Origin: Klebsormidium nitens
Taxonomy: Eukaryota; Plantae; Klebsormidiophyceae
Assembly: GCA_000708835.1 (NCBI GenBank)
Contig: DF237011.1
Location: 62,001-126,000 of the forward strand
Direction: 5' to 3'
Length of the DNA: 64,000 bases
Position numbers and translations under genes: made by a program. Below the pieces are notes generated by a model. That model ran no database searches, was not told where the DNA came from, and saw only the letters and a list, made by a program, of their open reading frames with translations. Each line of letters opens with the position of its first letter. Positions within the stretch are counted from its first letter, which is position 1. This document shows positions 49,001 through 61,737 of this stretch, piece after piece.

Positions 49001-51834
49001 AATCGGATCAGGGGCCGGGTCGTCGTGCGCTGGCTCCCGGACCGTATGCGCGATGTGATCTGCATGACGGGAAGATACTCGGGCCAGTTTGAATGCGAAT
49101 TGGAAGGGAGTTGCTGAAGAGTTGCTGAAGAGGATGTTATGGATTGAAAACGGACAGGAGGCGATTATGTTGTAACGCCTGGCGTCAGCAGGGGCTAGCA
49201 AAAGCTGCCAACGATGCTGGACTGTTTGCTCGAGTGAAAGATGCCATTCTGGTCCACTGCAGGCTTATCATCCTTACGAGGGCAGGTGCACCGAGTAACA
49301 CTCAAAGTTAGACGATTCTATGTCGGAAACGACCGTTTCAAAGGTACGGTACGGTACAAACAATGCCCCATTAGGGCTGCTGGATTGCAAATATCGTTCC
49401 TTCAAAGTCTGCTGGCTGAAACACATCACCAGTTCACGGTTGGATGGAGCACCAAGTGCCTCAGTTTCTCTGTCCAACCAAAAGGCTAGGGCTGGAACCG
49501 AATTAACCACAGGGGAAAGGCACAAATAATGGGTTCAAAAGCACGCCAATGACTTGTCAAACAACTGCAGGCCTCCCACTGTGACGAGGCTACTCTACAC
49601 GACTCAAAGCCTGGGGTCAGGCTGCGCTCAACCGCAGTATGAATAAATACGAACTTGGTTTAAATACGTCATGGCTGGGGCTCACTTATCTTGTTCTTCA
49701 AGTAGGGACTGAGTGAAGAAGGGAAAACTTGCTTCTGAGAGCTCTGGTGCAATCCCTGGAGACAGCTCAAGTTCCTTGCCACTCTTTCAGAAGCATCAGA
49801 TTTGGAGCACCCTCCTCAATGTTAATTAAATCATTGAAGAATTACCATAGAAGAAATCATCAATATCTAGAGCGCCTGGGGCTTGGCAACCGACGGGGAT
49901 GTTACTCACGGAACTCAGGCCCAGTGATCCTCCCAGCATGGTCGATTGGGAACTTCCTGACGGTCTTGGACAGGTTTATGCGGTGCTGCAAGAAACAAGA
50001 GTAGAAGGCTTCAAACCTTCCGAAGCAATTGAAAAGCCACCCAGACTCTTGATGTTGGAAATTAGAGACTTGGTGGTGTCATTCATTTTCTGGTCTCAAA
50101 TCTTATCCATGGTGCACAAGCAAACACCCATTGCAACTGTAGGTGCGCCCTGAATTTTCAGGGTGGACCGGTCTCCTGCTTCTCTTGTCCTGAAATCGAC
50201 GCCACCTTACCACACAGCTTCCCTTTCTAGTGGTGGTCTTAGGAATCTTTCAAACTCAGTCACGCCTGCCTTCAACAGACAAGAGCTCTGACTCACCCAC
50301 TTGAGCCTGATCTGACAATTCTGACATCCTCTCTGTCACGATATTTGCCTTCTGAAAGACATAACTCACCGTTCCTAGGACGTCGCTGACATCAACCGAG
50401 GCAAACTCGCACGAGAGCGCAGGGAAGCTGAAGTTGAAGTTGATGCGCATGACATCCCCGTCCCTACTCCTGTCAATTATGACAGTGGTCGTGGCTGACG
50501 TTGTAAGATAAGCCTGGAGCTCCATCCCAAACAGCAGCACCATTGCGATGCTGGCAACAACGGACAGGGTGCCTCCAGCAAGGGTGGCCTCAGTCAAATC
50601 CCTAGGGATCCGCCTGCAGAGCAAAGTACCAATTGAATATCCACAGGAGGGGGTAATTGAAAGGGGGAAGTCGATGCATATGGATTAGGTTATGGATTAT
50701 ACTCGACCATCGCCGTATTATAGGGTGCACACTGAATCACAATACCAAGAAAGCATAACAAAGTCCCGACATAAAGAGTGGGTTAAGCAGAAAGGAAATT
50801 CAGATACAACTTCGATCTGGTCGCTCATGTACACAGGTTCCGAAACCACACCGTATCAAAAGGAACAGGGATTCGCCTGCAAGTCTAGAATACCAACGTA
50901 AGAGAGGGTTGAGCAACAGGTAAGACTAATGCATACACAACCTGCTCACTGATGTACGAGTGTTCTTAGACGACGACGTCATAAGGACACTCTTACAAAG
51001 AAAGAATGACAGAACGTATGAAGTAAGAGTGGCAGTCAAGTGGAGTGGTGGTCAATTCTGCATCAAGGAGTTCAGGTCAGGAAACAGGCTGGGTGAATGG
51101 GAGGGGCTCTGTTGGCTTCGATTTGAGAAAGGGTTGGGGCAACAGAAGGCAATACTCGGACCAGAGGACAACAAGGTAAGAGAAACACTCAGCGAGGTAT
51201 ATTGATCTTGCGCGTTTGTGAGGAATCATCTGGAATGTAAAATGAGCCCTTCCTTTACTATGCACAGTACAGTGCAGTTGCAATTATCCGGAGGGCTACC
51301 TGAAGTATCTAGGGTTGTCCAGTAGTAAACACTTGTTAACTGATTCAACCAGATGCACGAGAGCTGAAGTGACCATACAGAAATGGAGTATACACCTGCC
51401 TCAGGAACTTCCACAAAGCAGACCATTCAAGATCACGTCAAAACTGAGCAGCTCAGAGCAGTAACACAATGAGCGAACATGGCGTCGAGCAGATGCATAC
51501 ATTGATCCGAGCGAAGAGGAAAATCACTGGACACTCCTGCCATGACTTGGCTGAGAGTGTGTTCGCTCTCTGGCCAGCAGATACTCCAGCAGCGCCAAAA
51601 GCAATGTACCAATCCTTCACAAGCACCATTCAGAATCATACAAGCCATTCCATTCGTACAAAGCCGGGAAACTTTGAGCAATCAGCTGCCTAAATAGCGC
51701 CATGATTGGATCCTTTACAGGACCTCCTAAAACCCTGGGCCTAGGGATGTGCTCAGCGCCCAGAAGAAACGATCCCCGTCCAGATCTTACCTGTAGAAGT
51801 CTACCGACCTCAATCTCCCCAAAACCCGATTCAT
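43050..51834 (-). CDS. PDIL5-4: Membrane-bound PDI-like protein: ERGIC_N + thioredoxin + COPII/Erv46 C-domain (PDIL5-3/5-4 subfamily)
   Basis: Exons (minus) 51834-51791, 50613-50370, 49985-49910, 49059-48858, 48289-48188, 47636-47562, 46992-46869, 45918-45727, 44813-44616, 43586-43350, 43127-43050. LRSVDFYRRIPRDLTEA, FPALSCEFASVDVSD, active site NFFAPWCPWS (CxxS), GCQIEGFVLVKKVPGNL, FSHFITNVCAIIGGVFTVAG, C-terminus KKVQLGKQF. Confidence 0.95.
43715..44985 (-). repeat. Echo arrays on both sides of PDI exon 44813-44616
   Basis: Near-complete 120-nt copy of the exon start at 44855-44974. At least six donor-side copies of ...gcacagcgacaac...acg-GT(A/G)AG lie between 43715 and 44515. Confidence 0.9.
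45090..46420 (-). repeat. Echo arrays on both sides of PDI exon 45918-45727
   Basis: 4-5 donor-side units (~125 bp; plus strand (c/t)atacctg(c/a)ag...gaccttctt...gaacccctc...ggcacccgg) and about 4 acceptor-side units (gccaggtcgtcggc). Confidence 0.9.
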
Positions 51835-52513
51835 GATTGCTACTTGGTTGTGGTACTCTCAGTATCGCTCACTACAGAGATCAGCTAAAGTTTGGCAGCC
51901 TCATGAATCTCCACCTAGCTGACCTCAATCCTACTTCCGCAATCTAGACCTATTGAACCTCTGGGAATGCAATCGCAGCCACAAGCGCAGCGCTTCCCAC
52001 AGGTGAAAGCGCTGTGCGCCCTCAGGCTCGGGCTGAAAGAGAAGCAGCTTTGAGAACCATGAAAGTGAACTGAGTGACGCCTTTGAACACTGAAGTCTGA
52101 AGGCTGTTGGGGGAATGGCTAAAGCGAGCAGAAGCGAAGTGGTTAGGTTAACTGTTCTAAGTTTATATGAATTTACCGGCCAGAGTTCGATGACAGCGCT
52201 GGTGGATGTTTGCCAGCCCCACCCTTTCTTTTACGCCGTCGAAAGCGCTTTGGTTCGTCAGAATCTGCCAACCCAAGGTTAGCAAATTCCAATTAGGTAT
52301 TAAATAGCAGTTCGGCGGCAAAAGCTCTAGTCCTATAATACCGGTAGTACACAACCCTAGAATCGGTTTTACAACTTTCAGACGAGGAAGACGAAGGCAA
52401 GGCAAGGCAGTTTGCTGGTGACGTCTAGCCCCTTCTGCAGGCGAAGGCGTGGTTCTGACCAACCTGAACTTTTGGCAGGAAGGGCATCTGACCACTCAGT
52501 CTGAGGGGCTCCA

Positions 52514-55500
52514 ATGGCGGCAACCGCCCTGTCGCCCTCCCTGCGGCTGTCGGCCCACTCGTTTGCATCGTGCTCTGGACGCGCCGAGAGCCGGCCCAGT
52601 TCGCAGCCATGCGGGGCGTTCACACCTGCAAGGTTGTCAAACAGAAGTAGCATATTGTCCGTCTCAGGGCAGCAGGTAATCGCAGGCAGGGGTGTCGTTA
52701 CCAAGAGACGGGAAAATGGCTCCGGTGTCAGGGCGGCCTTTCCAGGGCTAGGGGATGACTATCTTATCCCAGGGGAGTATGACATCAGCAGCATTCCAAG
52801 CGAGTTCCGGAGGGAGAACTTGCCAGAAGAGTGTGAGTGGATGACCTGGGTCATGGCATTTTCGGGGCCCGAATTAGTTGCGGGTGTTTTTGAGCTGAGC
52901 AAACGTCTCTGAAGCGAGCTTCCGGGTGTTTTTCCTGCTTTGTGTGGGCATGCAGTCAATATTTAAGAGGGAGAAGATTTCCTGTTCCATAAAGGACAGG
53001 GTTTGCACGTTTTCGCAAACCTTGTCGCATGCCTTTCTGGATCAGAAGCGGTCTCCTTGATCAGAACCTCTCTCACTGGACCTTTTGACTCCCTCGTAGA
53101 CAGCAATTGATCACTTCCCGCATGTCACTGCGCTGCAAGTGTACCACACAAAAATCAGGGCATTGGAGTGGCCTCTCCAATGTTGCTGTTCTCTCTGCAA
53201 TTTTGGTTTCAGAGTTTGTGGAGATAATGAGAGAGTTGCTGCAATCTGTGATTGAAGAGATGTAGCTAGGACCCCCTCTGTACCGATCAAACACAGTGAT
53301 TTCACTCCCTCAAAGGTTGCTGTGGGTTTGGCCAACGTGTGCTGTCAGGGTGCAGAGATCGAACCTCTTGCGCTGTTTCACTGCTTTTGGCATCGTCGCT
53401 CTTAGATTGGTTGACAAGATGTCCCCATACCGATGTTCAAGGCATCGGGCCTTGAAGTCCAAGTGCGTGCTTCGATTTTCAAGTCAGCATCTGCTAAGCA
53501 TAAACGGTCTGCTCAAACCTCTCCCTCCGCTGACGTGCCTTTCTGTCTCCTAACATCAGTCGCGCTGGTTGAGATGCTTCTCCTTGCTATCCTTTCCTAG
53601 GTAGGATTCCTGTAGCACCGTCTTGAAGTCTTTCATAAGGTTGAGGGACGAAAGAACAGCCGTAACTCTACAAGAACGCTAGTTAGTCACCTTAAAATGC
53701 CTTGCAGCTAAGCAGAATTACTCAAATGTCTAGTTCGGTATTTTTGAATTCAGCGACAGAGAAGCTGTAATACCCCGAGAACGCTAATCAAACCACATGT
53801 TTTCCTGCTGCAGTGAAGCAGAACTACTCAAACGTGCCTTCCTCCATGTTTGGCTTGACCACCTCCCAGATGGATATGTTCATTGACGAGGACAGTGCAA
53901 TCTCGCGGACAAAGACTGACCCAGTGAGTTGGAGATGACCAGTTTCATTCTAACTTGTCTCTCTATTTTTGTGTTTTTTTTTTATGATGATTTTGAAAAA
54001 TCCTTTCATGTAGTTTGATTTCATGTTCAGGTCTCCTGATATTGCTTGCTCTATTGTTGGTATAGCCTGCAAGGGTTTTGGCAGGTCGCGTTAGGGTGTT
54101 GGTCATACGACTAGGATTGTGTGTCAAGTACTGTCACGCAATGCGACATGGGATAGTTCACAGTGTACTTCGTGCTCGCATCCCTCGTACGAAGAGAGTT
54201 GCAGAGGCTAGTTTGCTCACTCGCCCTGTCTTCAGAGCAGCACATGGTCAAGATTGAACACATTGCCTAGCAACACGCCGTTGCACTCCTCCTTATGCCC
54301 CCCTCACCCCCCCTTCAAAATTGCAGAGCAAGCTGAGGGCCAGCGCGTACTACAAAACAGGGGGAGCGTGGAGCCCCGAAATGGCAGCGGGGGGGGTGGT
54401 GAGGCCAAAGGCTAACATGGGGCTGTCTACCAACATGTACCGTGGCGGGGGGGGCTACGGAAGGCCCAAGACTGCGCCCCCCGATCTGCCGTCGCTCCTG
54501 CTGGGGGCTAGGATTTGCTACTTGGGGATGCCGGTAAGCTGTGCCTTACTTTGGCGGAGCTACTCTTTGGCGGGAACACGATTTTCGGCGGGAACATGAT
54601 TTTCTACAAGACCTTTCTTGACACCAACAAACTTAGATCGAAGTCACGACTTACCTGCTTACGGTGCCCATTTGCGATCCCCCGGGTTGTGATTGAACCT
54701 GGCGGGCTTGCTGTCGTCATTCAACAGGAAAGTGATGCCATATTGAGATATCTGACCCTTCCAGACGTCAAAGACCTGACAAGCTAGTGTTCCGCTCCTT
54801 TGAGGTGTCCAGGTTGTGCCAGCTGTGACAGTGCGGACTGAAGGAGCTACAGCATTTTCGGGGCAAGCTGCCCGGTTGCGATCGATAGATAGGGTCTATT
54901 TAGATACTAGATATCAGCTAAACTTTAGCTTTGCTGCGATGTCACCTAACATCTCCAGCCGGCGAGGTAGAAGAGGGGTGATCATCGAGCCGTAGAGGCT
55001 CTGGGCAGGATCCATCCGACGTGCGAATATCTTCCACGTCTCGAAATTGCGCACCAGGATGACGTCAACGAATCTGTGAACGCACCTAAACTTACACTAG
55101 ATTTTGCCTAAACCTAGGCTAAATAGACCCTATCTATCGATCGCAACCGGGCAGCTCGCTCCGAAACTGCTGTACAACTTGATACAACTTGACACCCGGA
55201 TGTTATAACTTACAAGTTAACGACTTTAGAGATCTGTCAAGCTAGTGATTTGCTCCCCTGGCATGTGCAGGTTGTGCCGGTTGTGATTGCGGTGCAGTTG
55301 CTGTCTTTCAGCACTCTGTATTGAAATCAAATCTTTGACACTTTTGAGGACTCCAACAAGCCACCCAAGTTCGCGCCCGCAGTGATGGAGCTAACACGAT
55401 GGAGCCTACTGTTATCCTAATCCTGGCACTTTGACGACTCCAAAGCCTGACAAACTAGTGTTTTGCTTCTGTGGCGTTCAGATCGTGCCTGCTGTGACGG

Positions 55501-58500
55501 AGCTGATTGTCGCAGAGCTGCTGTGGCTCAACTACGACAGCAAAGACAAGCCGATCTACTTTTACATCAACTCCCCCGGGACGCAGAACGAGCAGAAGGA
55601 GAGCATTGGCTTCGAGACCGAGGCATATGCAATCGCCGATACGCTGCTGGTAGGGTTTTAGTTCGTTTGCATTGTTTGAAGCTCAAAGTTGATATGCTGG
55701 TGTTTGAGCACGCATGCAAAGAGGCGAGCTGTATCAGAAGCGCAGCCAGCCGTTTCTTTCAGGTTGTACAAAAACGATTCTTGCTCGTTCTCAGAGAGCC
55801 ATTGTTCTCATATGTCATATGCCGGTGAAGCCCCCACTCTTTCAACCATTTGAAGAAGGCTCTTAAAGCATCTTTTGCTCTTTTCGTCAGCCTCTTTTGC
55901 TCTTTTCGTCAGTCGGCACTACCAACAACTGTCAAATCCGAGACACTAGTCCGGAGATTGCATTCTTCGCTTCCAGCACCGTCGCACCCGGAAATGCTGG
56001 ATTTTGGAAAACGAAAATTGCATGATCTGCTCTGGCAGTGCGAAAAACAAAAGATTCAAACACCTATGATTGGGCGCCGGGCCATGCTGCTCATGAAGGC
56101 TGACCCAAACGCAAATGCACGGTTTGGAAACCACTCACCTTCAGGTCCTTCCGCGCAGTGCAAGAAGCCTAAGATCCGCACGCTGCATCCGCTTGGGTGC
56201 TGTCGTTGGGCACCAAAAAGCGCGAATCCCAACGGACTTTGAAACCGAAAAAACTGTCTTTGCAATACATGAAGCCGAAGATAGTCACGCTGATCATTGG
56301 GCATGTGTTCGGGCAGGCTGCGATGCTGCTTCTGTTGCTCGATAACGTTTCAACTTCCTTCTTTCGAGACCCTAGAATCGTGAGTTAGGAAGTCGTACCT
56401 TTGCTTTTGCAGTATGTGAAGCCCACAATAGGCGTTTGCGCAGGGCGGAGTCCATGCTGCTCTACTGGGCACCAAAAGCAAGAAATCAAGAAGCGAGAAC
56501 CATCAAAACCCTGGTAGACAAAAAAGTCTCTTGCGTTATGTGAAGCCGAAAATCCACATGCTGGTGATCGTTTACGCGTTCGGGCAGGCGGCCATGCTGC
56601 TTTCGCTGGGCACCAGAGGAACAAAGCTCCAACCCCCCCCACACTTGGAGATTATTTAAAACTCTGAAAACAACATCTTTCTTTTGCAGTATGTCAAGCC
56701 AAAGATGCACACGCTGGTTATCGAGCACGCGTTTGGGCAGGCGGCGATGCTGCTCTCGCTTGGCACCAAAAGCACGATTTCTAGTAGATTTCAACCCTGA
56801 GGAAAGGATCAAAAACTTGAAGGATTCAAATTCTGAACAGACGAGACCTTGCTTTGCAGTATGTGAAGCCCAAGATTCACACGCTGGTGATTGGGCACGC
56901 GTTTGGGCAGGCGGCCATGCTGCTCTCGCTGGGCACCAAGGGCCACCGCTTCGCGCTGCCCAACTCGCGCATGAAGATCTACTCGCCCAAGGTCAACCGC
57001 TCCAGCGGGTCCGCCATTGACATGTGGATCAAGGTAGGGCGCTACATTACCTGGCTGGTTTCTCTACTGCTGAATTCAGATTGCGATTGGGGCTGATTGC
57101 TTATTATCATGCTCTTTTGGGTTTTGAATGCTGCTGGGATTGCGCTAGTTGCTTGTAGTTAATTCGGTCGCTTGATGCTGAGAGCTGTCATTTTCACGCT
57201 AAATCGACTCGGAAAGCTTTGCTTTCGTGTGTCCTGTTCTCCTCTGCTGGCAGACCTGTAGCTGATCGTTAGCAGCACCGGTTTCTAACAGAGGCTGGTT
57301 TGCCATATCCTGCTTACCGCAAGAGGTTTGGTGAGAAAATCCAGAGGATCTTTCTGCAGACGGCTTAGTTGCTAACAATTGGACTAGCGGCGAAAGCCTG
57401 AAAGAGCTCCCCATCTGGCTTTCAATGGCAGTGTTAGAGCTTTTGAGAAGGTGCTTAAGGTCACCCTTTCGTGCATGGCTTGTCGCATCAACGAGGTCAA
57501 ACTACGGATTCGTAACCAGAAGACGACCAGACGACCGTGCATTAAACTGCGGGTTAACCCTGAAGTTCAATTGGGTAACCCTGGTCCGCCCCATCTGATA
57601 GCTTGTTAATGATACAGGCCAAAGGGCTGGAAGCCAACACGAAATACGACACGTGGCTGCTGGCGTTTGGCACCAGGAAGAAGCCGGAGGTTCACTAGGC
57701 CGATGTTTCTCCTCTGAAAGCCACAGACTATCGAATGTTAGAAATCAGACCCTCTATCAAAAAACTATGTATGCAGGCCAAAGAGCTGGAAGCCAACACG
57801 AATACGACGTGGCTGCTGTCGTTTGGCACCGGGGAGAAGCCGGAGGATCTTCCAAAGACACTGCGCCCGAAATCCTCTCCTCTAAATGCCACAGACTTTC
57901 GAGTGTCAGAATCTAAACCCTCTATCAAAAAAACTCCGTATGCAGGCCAAAGAGCTGGAGGCTAACACCAAGTACTACATGCGGCCATTGGCGTTTTGGC
58001 ACTGGGAAGAAGTCTGAGCAGCTTCCAAAGATCAATACGCCGAGATTTCAGTGCCTGAAAGCCACAGACTGTCTGATGTCAGAGCCCAAACCTGAATTTT
58101 GAAATTTTTCACTACGCAGGCCAAAGAGCTGGAGGCCAATACTAAGTACTACACGCGTCTGCTCGCGTTCGGCACCGGGAAGAAGCCGGAGGAGGTGCGG
58201 GAAGACATCAAGCGCATCAAGTACTTTGACGCCAAAGAGGCCATCGAGTATGGTCTGGTAGACAAGGTGGTGGAAGACAGCAAGCTCCAGGCTGAGAAAA
58301 GGGTAAGGGTTCGCTTTCCATTTCATTCCTGTGAGACCCTCGGGTTCGGTTCATTGTCAAGCTTCTGCTTGGACATTGTTTTGAGGTTCATCTCTCTGTT
58401 TTGCCGGAGTGTTTTCTGGTAGGCAAGGTGGTAGAAGACAGCAAGCTGCAGGCTGAGGAGAGGGTCAGGATTCGTTGTTGCTTCTGTCTTTTCAATCTGT

Positions 58501-59510
58501 TAATCACTGGGTTTGGGAAACTTTCAAGCTTTTGCTTAGACGTTATGTCTGGATTCGGAGGTTCATCCTTCATATTCATGAGCTGTTGAGTACGCTCTGG
58601 TAGACAAGGTCGTGGAAGACAGCAAGCTGCAGGCGGAAGAGAGGTCGATTGTCGGTGAAACTTCGTTTCGCATCAATTTAAGCTTCGATAAAAGTTCGTG
58701 TTGTTTGCGCGGGTTTCGGTTTCGTTTACGGGTGGGTCTGACCTTGAGGCAATCGAGGATTACTTGTGGACAAGATCGTAAAAGAAAGCAATCAGCAGGC
58801 CGAGAAGAGGGTGCGCTTGATCCCGCTCTTGGATTCGGTCAGGATCTAGTTTTCTTTTGAATCAATTATGAGGCGATTGAGAACAGTCCTGTGGACAGTT
58901 CGTTGAAGATAGCACGCCTCAGGAGGAAGCGGGCGACTCTCGATGGATTCTGGTTTTGGATCGGTTAAGGTTCAGTTGTCTGAGTGGGTCAAGGTTGCAA
59001 AATACGCCTCAGGAAAGCACGGCCAGTGAGTACGGTCTGGTGACAAGGTCATGGTAGAAAGCTGCTTGCAGAGAAGAGGTACGTTAAGATTGCCAAGCGT
59101 TGCTTTGGGGGTTGGTGTGTGGGTCACACTAAACAGCTTTGGAGAACCTGTGTATTCTGGTCATGTCCCGAAACCCCGGCCCTTGTACTTTCTTCTCTTA
59201 ATCATATCTCATCAACAGCCCACATGACTCTGTTGAAAACTTCAAATGGGCTGTTGGTGATCGAACAACAGGTGTTGCAGGATAATATAATGTGGAGCTT
59301 AAGCAGGATGGTGCTCCTCACTTCCTTGAGTAAGCGTGCATTCCTGCAAAGGGAGGTCTGTCCTCATACCGTTTTGTTACTTTGCAGGATTACGATCAGA
59401 TGATGCTGGAGGGTAAGAAGATGCGTGGGGAGGTCGTCAAGCCGGGTCAGTCGAGCGGGCTGGTAAAGGCCAAGCCTTCTGGTCCCCGGCCTTCTCCGGC
59501 CGTTCGGTAG
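52514..59510 (+). CDS. CLPR1: Plastid Clp protease non-catalytic subunit ClpR1
   Basis: Exons 52514-52832, 53814-53923, 54327-54533, 55482-55649, 56860-57033, 58120-58302, 59388-59510. Transit peptide, RPKTAPPDLPSLLLGARICYLGMPIVPAVTELIVA, YINSPGTQNE...ETEAYAIAD, FGQAAMLLSLG, PKVNRSSGSAIDMWIKAKELEAN match the ClpR1 type. Confidence 0.93.
54850..55172. mobile_element. MITE, 323 bp, probable Tc1/mariner superfamily, in ClpR1 intron 3
   Basis: 54-bp terminal inverted repeats (54850-54903 and 55119-55172, 3 mismatches) beginning CAGCA and ending TGCTG. TA flanks both sides (54848-49, 55173-74). No internal ORF. Confidence 0.88.
55675..56940 (+). repeat. 6-7 tandem acceptor-side echoes of ClpR1 exon 56860-57033
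   Basis: Units start near 56040, 56160, 56266, 56413, 56537 and 56690 (YVKPK...FGQAAMLLSLGT-like), with a very decayed one near 55675. Confidence 0.92.
57605..59090 (+). repeat. Three upstream and five downstream echoes of ClpR1 exon 58120-58302
   Basis: caggccaaag(a/g)gctgga(a/g)gc units near 57615, 57775 and 57945 (~165-bp period). gacaagg...gaagacagcaagct-type units near 58415, 58590, 58750, 58870 and 59030. Confidence 0.92.
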
Positions 59511-61737
59511 GAATGCACAGATTGTGCCGTAATTCGATGTTGGATACCAAGATCATGACTGGAAGGTACTGGACAAACGCTCCCAGATCCTAGCCACAGC
59601 ATAAGCAAGCGGATCTCAGTGGTTGATAGAGAGCTTGCTCGACTTTCTGCTGACAACGCTGTACATTACAATTCTATCGTGCATTCCGATTCTATGCATG
59701 GTCCTTTCAAAATAGGTACCTACGATTCATCAGCCTGCCACCTGCTGCATGTATCACCGACAAGACAAGCTTACATAGGCGTTCCATGCCAGCATGTTGC
59801 CAGCATGTAATCGCCTGTTGAACACACGGACGCTGTCCATGCATGGATCATTAATTGGCCTTATATAAAGTAGTGTTTTCCGACAAGTAGTAGAGGACTG
59901 AGTCCGACAGGATCTAGCTGCCTAGTGGTGCCTGAGTGGGAGCTCAAGTCACGTTTCCACCAGGCTGCTACCCTTTGAAAGGCCGGGCCCGCATGCATGT
60001 CATGCATGGCATCATTGGCATTTTTTATCGCGAGTTATAAATTATAAGTTTAATCGATGCTATTTAACATCTGATTCGAACTTAACAATTAGTTGAAAGC
60101 CTGGACGGGGCGGGGCCGTGCTTTCAAGTTTCGAGAGACTCAGACGTCCGCGCGTGCATCACGGGCCATGTTGAGTCCGGCATAGCGTTGTAGAAGAACC
60201 CCGGGATGTATCCCCTAACGGCGCCCGGTTGCTCGACGCTGGAGTGACCGGGGCGATTTGGTGAATCCTAGATCGAACTGCCTACCCAGATTGAGTTTAC
60301 GGATAAGATCAAATGGGACACTGCCACGCGTACACATCAGGCCTCAGCCGTAAGCGGATGATGTCGCAGTCTTGGCTCGCGCGACGCCGAGTCGAAAATT
60401 TGAAAATGAAGTCTGAGTTTCGGTACTTCTCATCGACGGTCAAGGCCCCAGCCTAGAAGTGTACTCTTGACATCGTACGGTAAATCCAACATAGTTGGTA
60501 CTCAAAATGGTGTACAACTTACTTCGGTACCGTACCGGTTCCACGATGGCCTGCTCCATTCAGGCCCTAGGTCAGTCGGAAGTACGTGCCTGTTAACCTA
60601 CACTGAGGCTAGCTATCATCGGACGGTCTACTGGTGCCCTTGTAAACGTTCTACGGTCGCGATAACATAATTCACCGTCGACCGTAACTTTGTCGCATCA
60701 AATTTTACATGAAATATTTGCAGTATAATCGCTAGGACAAATTGACTCTATAAGCAGCTTGCACCTCAAGCAGGTGCTCAGCGAACCGTCGATTGAAAAT
60801 TGAACGATCGCGATTAGTCTTATCCGTAAAGAAAATCCAAATGCGCGATCTGGGTGATGGCCTGTATGGCCTCCATTTCGATCGGCGTTAGGGGCTACAT
60901 CCTGAGGTACTTCTACAACGCTATGCGGTACTGTAACTGGCGTATATGGGACGCACACGTCCTTAAGTTAGAGTCAATCAATTGCCTTCACTATAAGCCT
61001 GCGGCTAGGGATTGAACGCGTGCCATGGCCCAATCAAGGGGCCGGACGCGATCAATTTTTCGTTGTGAAGCACCACGTACGCATATGTTACTTCAACATT
61101 GTTATCACAAATAGTTCAGGGCCACAAGCGAATTTTCTGCGTGCACCGTGTGCTGTTGTCGAGCATGCAGTTACTATACTGAACATCAAGTTTGGCAGAC
61201 GGTTTCATTGCAGAGGTCGGCAGCAAGCTCGACATGGCCCAAATGTGTCACAAGTTGACTATAGTGAAGGCTGCTCGGGCTCAGGTCGAGACTGAACTTA
61301 GGGACTGGGCAGTTTGAAGTCATCGCAAGTGCTAGATCGAACTGGATCATGGATCAAGTGACCTAGCAGGATTCCGCACAGATGACAACTTAGCAACGGG
61401 CTTGGTAGCTCTATCATCAAAAGCCCCTCAACTCCATGCGTGTAGAACAGTCGGGGACGGAGCCTGCTGCCATGGTCAGAAGAGTAAGTTTCGCAGCATG
61501 TTCGCCGCTAGCCACGGTCCTAAGAGTCACCAAGTCTCCGGCTTGATCCCCCCAGTACAAACACTTATCCCCGGCCACAAATCTGCCCCGCAAATCTGCC
61601 CCTGTGACTCTCGTGACTCAAGTGAAACGCCCATCGGTTGCGTTCCTTCATCACTTGAATCCGATGACCTAACATAACCCAACCTATGACCTCTACAAAG
61701 CATGCGATGATCCATTATGAATCATAGCTGCCACGTG

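Noticed and set aside
55675-59090. Repeat arrays superficially like CRISPR or other prokaryotic repeat-spacer systems
   Set aside because: Units are degenerate copies of adjacent eukaryotic exon junctions with no unique spacers, and there are no cas-like ORFs.
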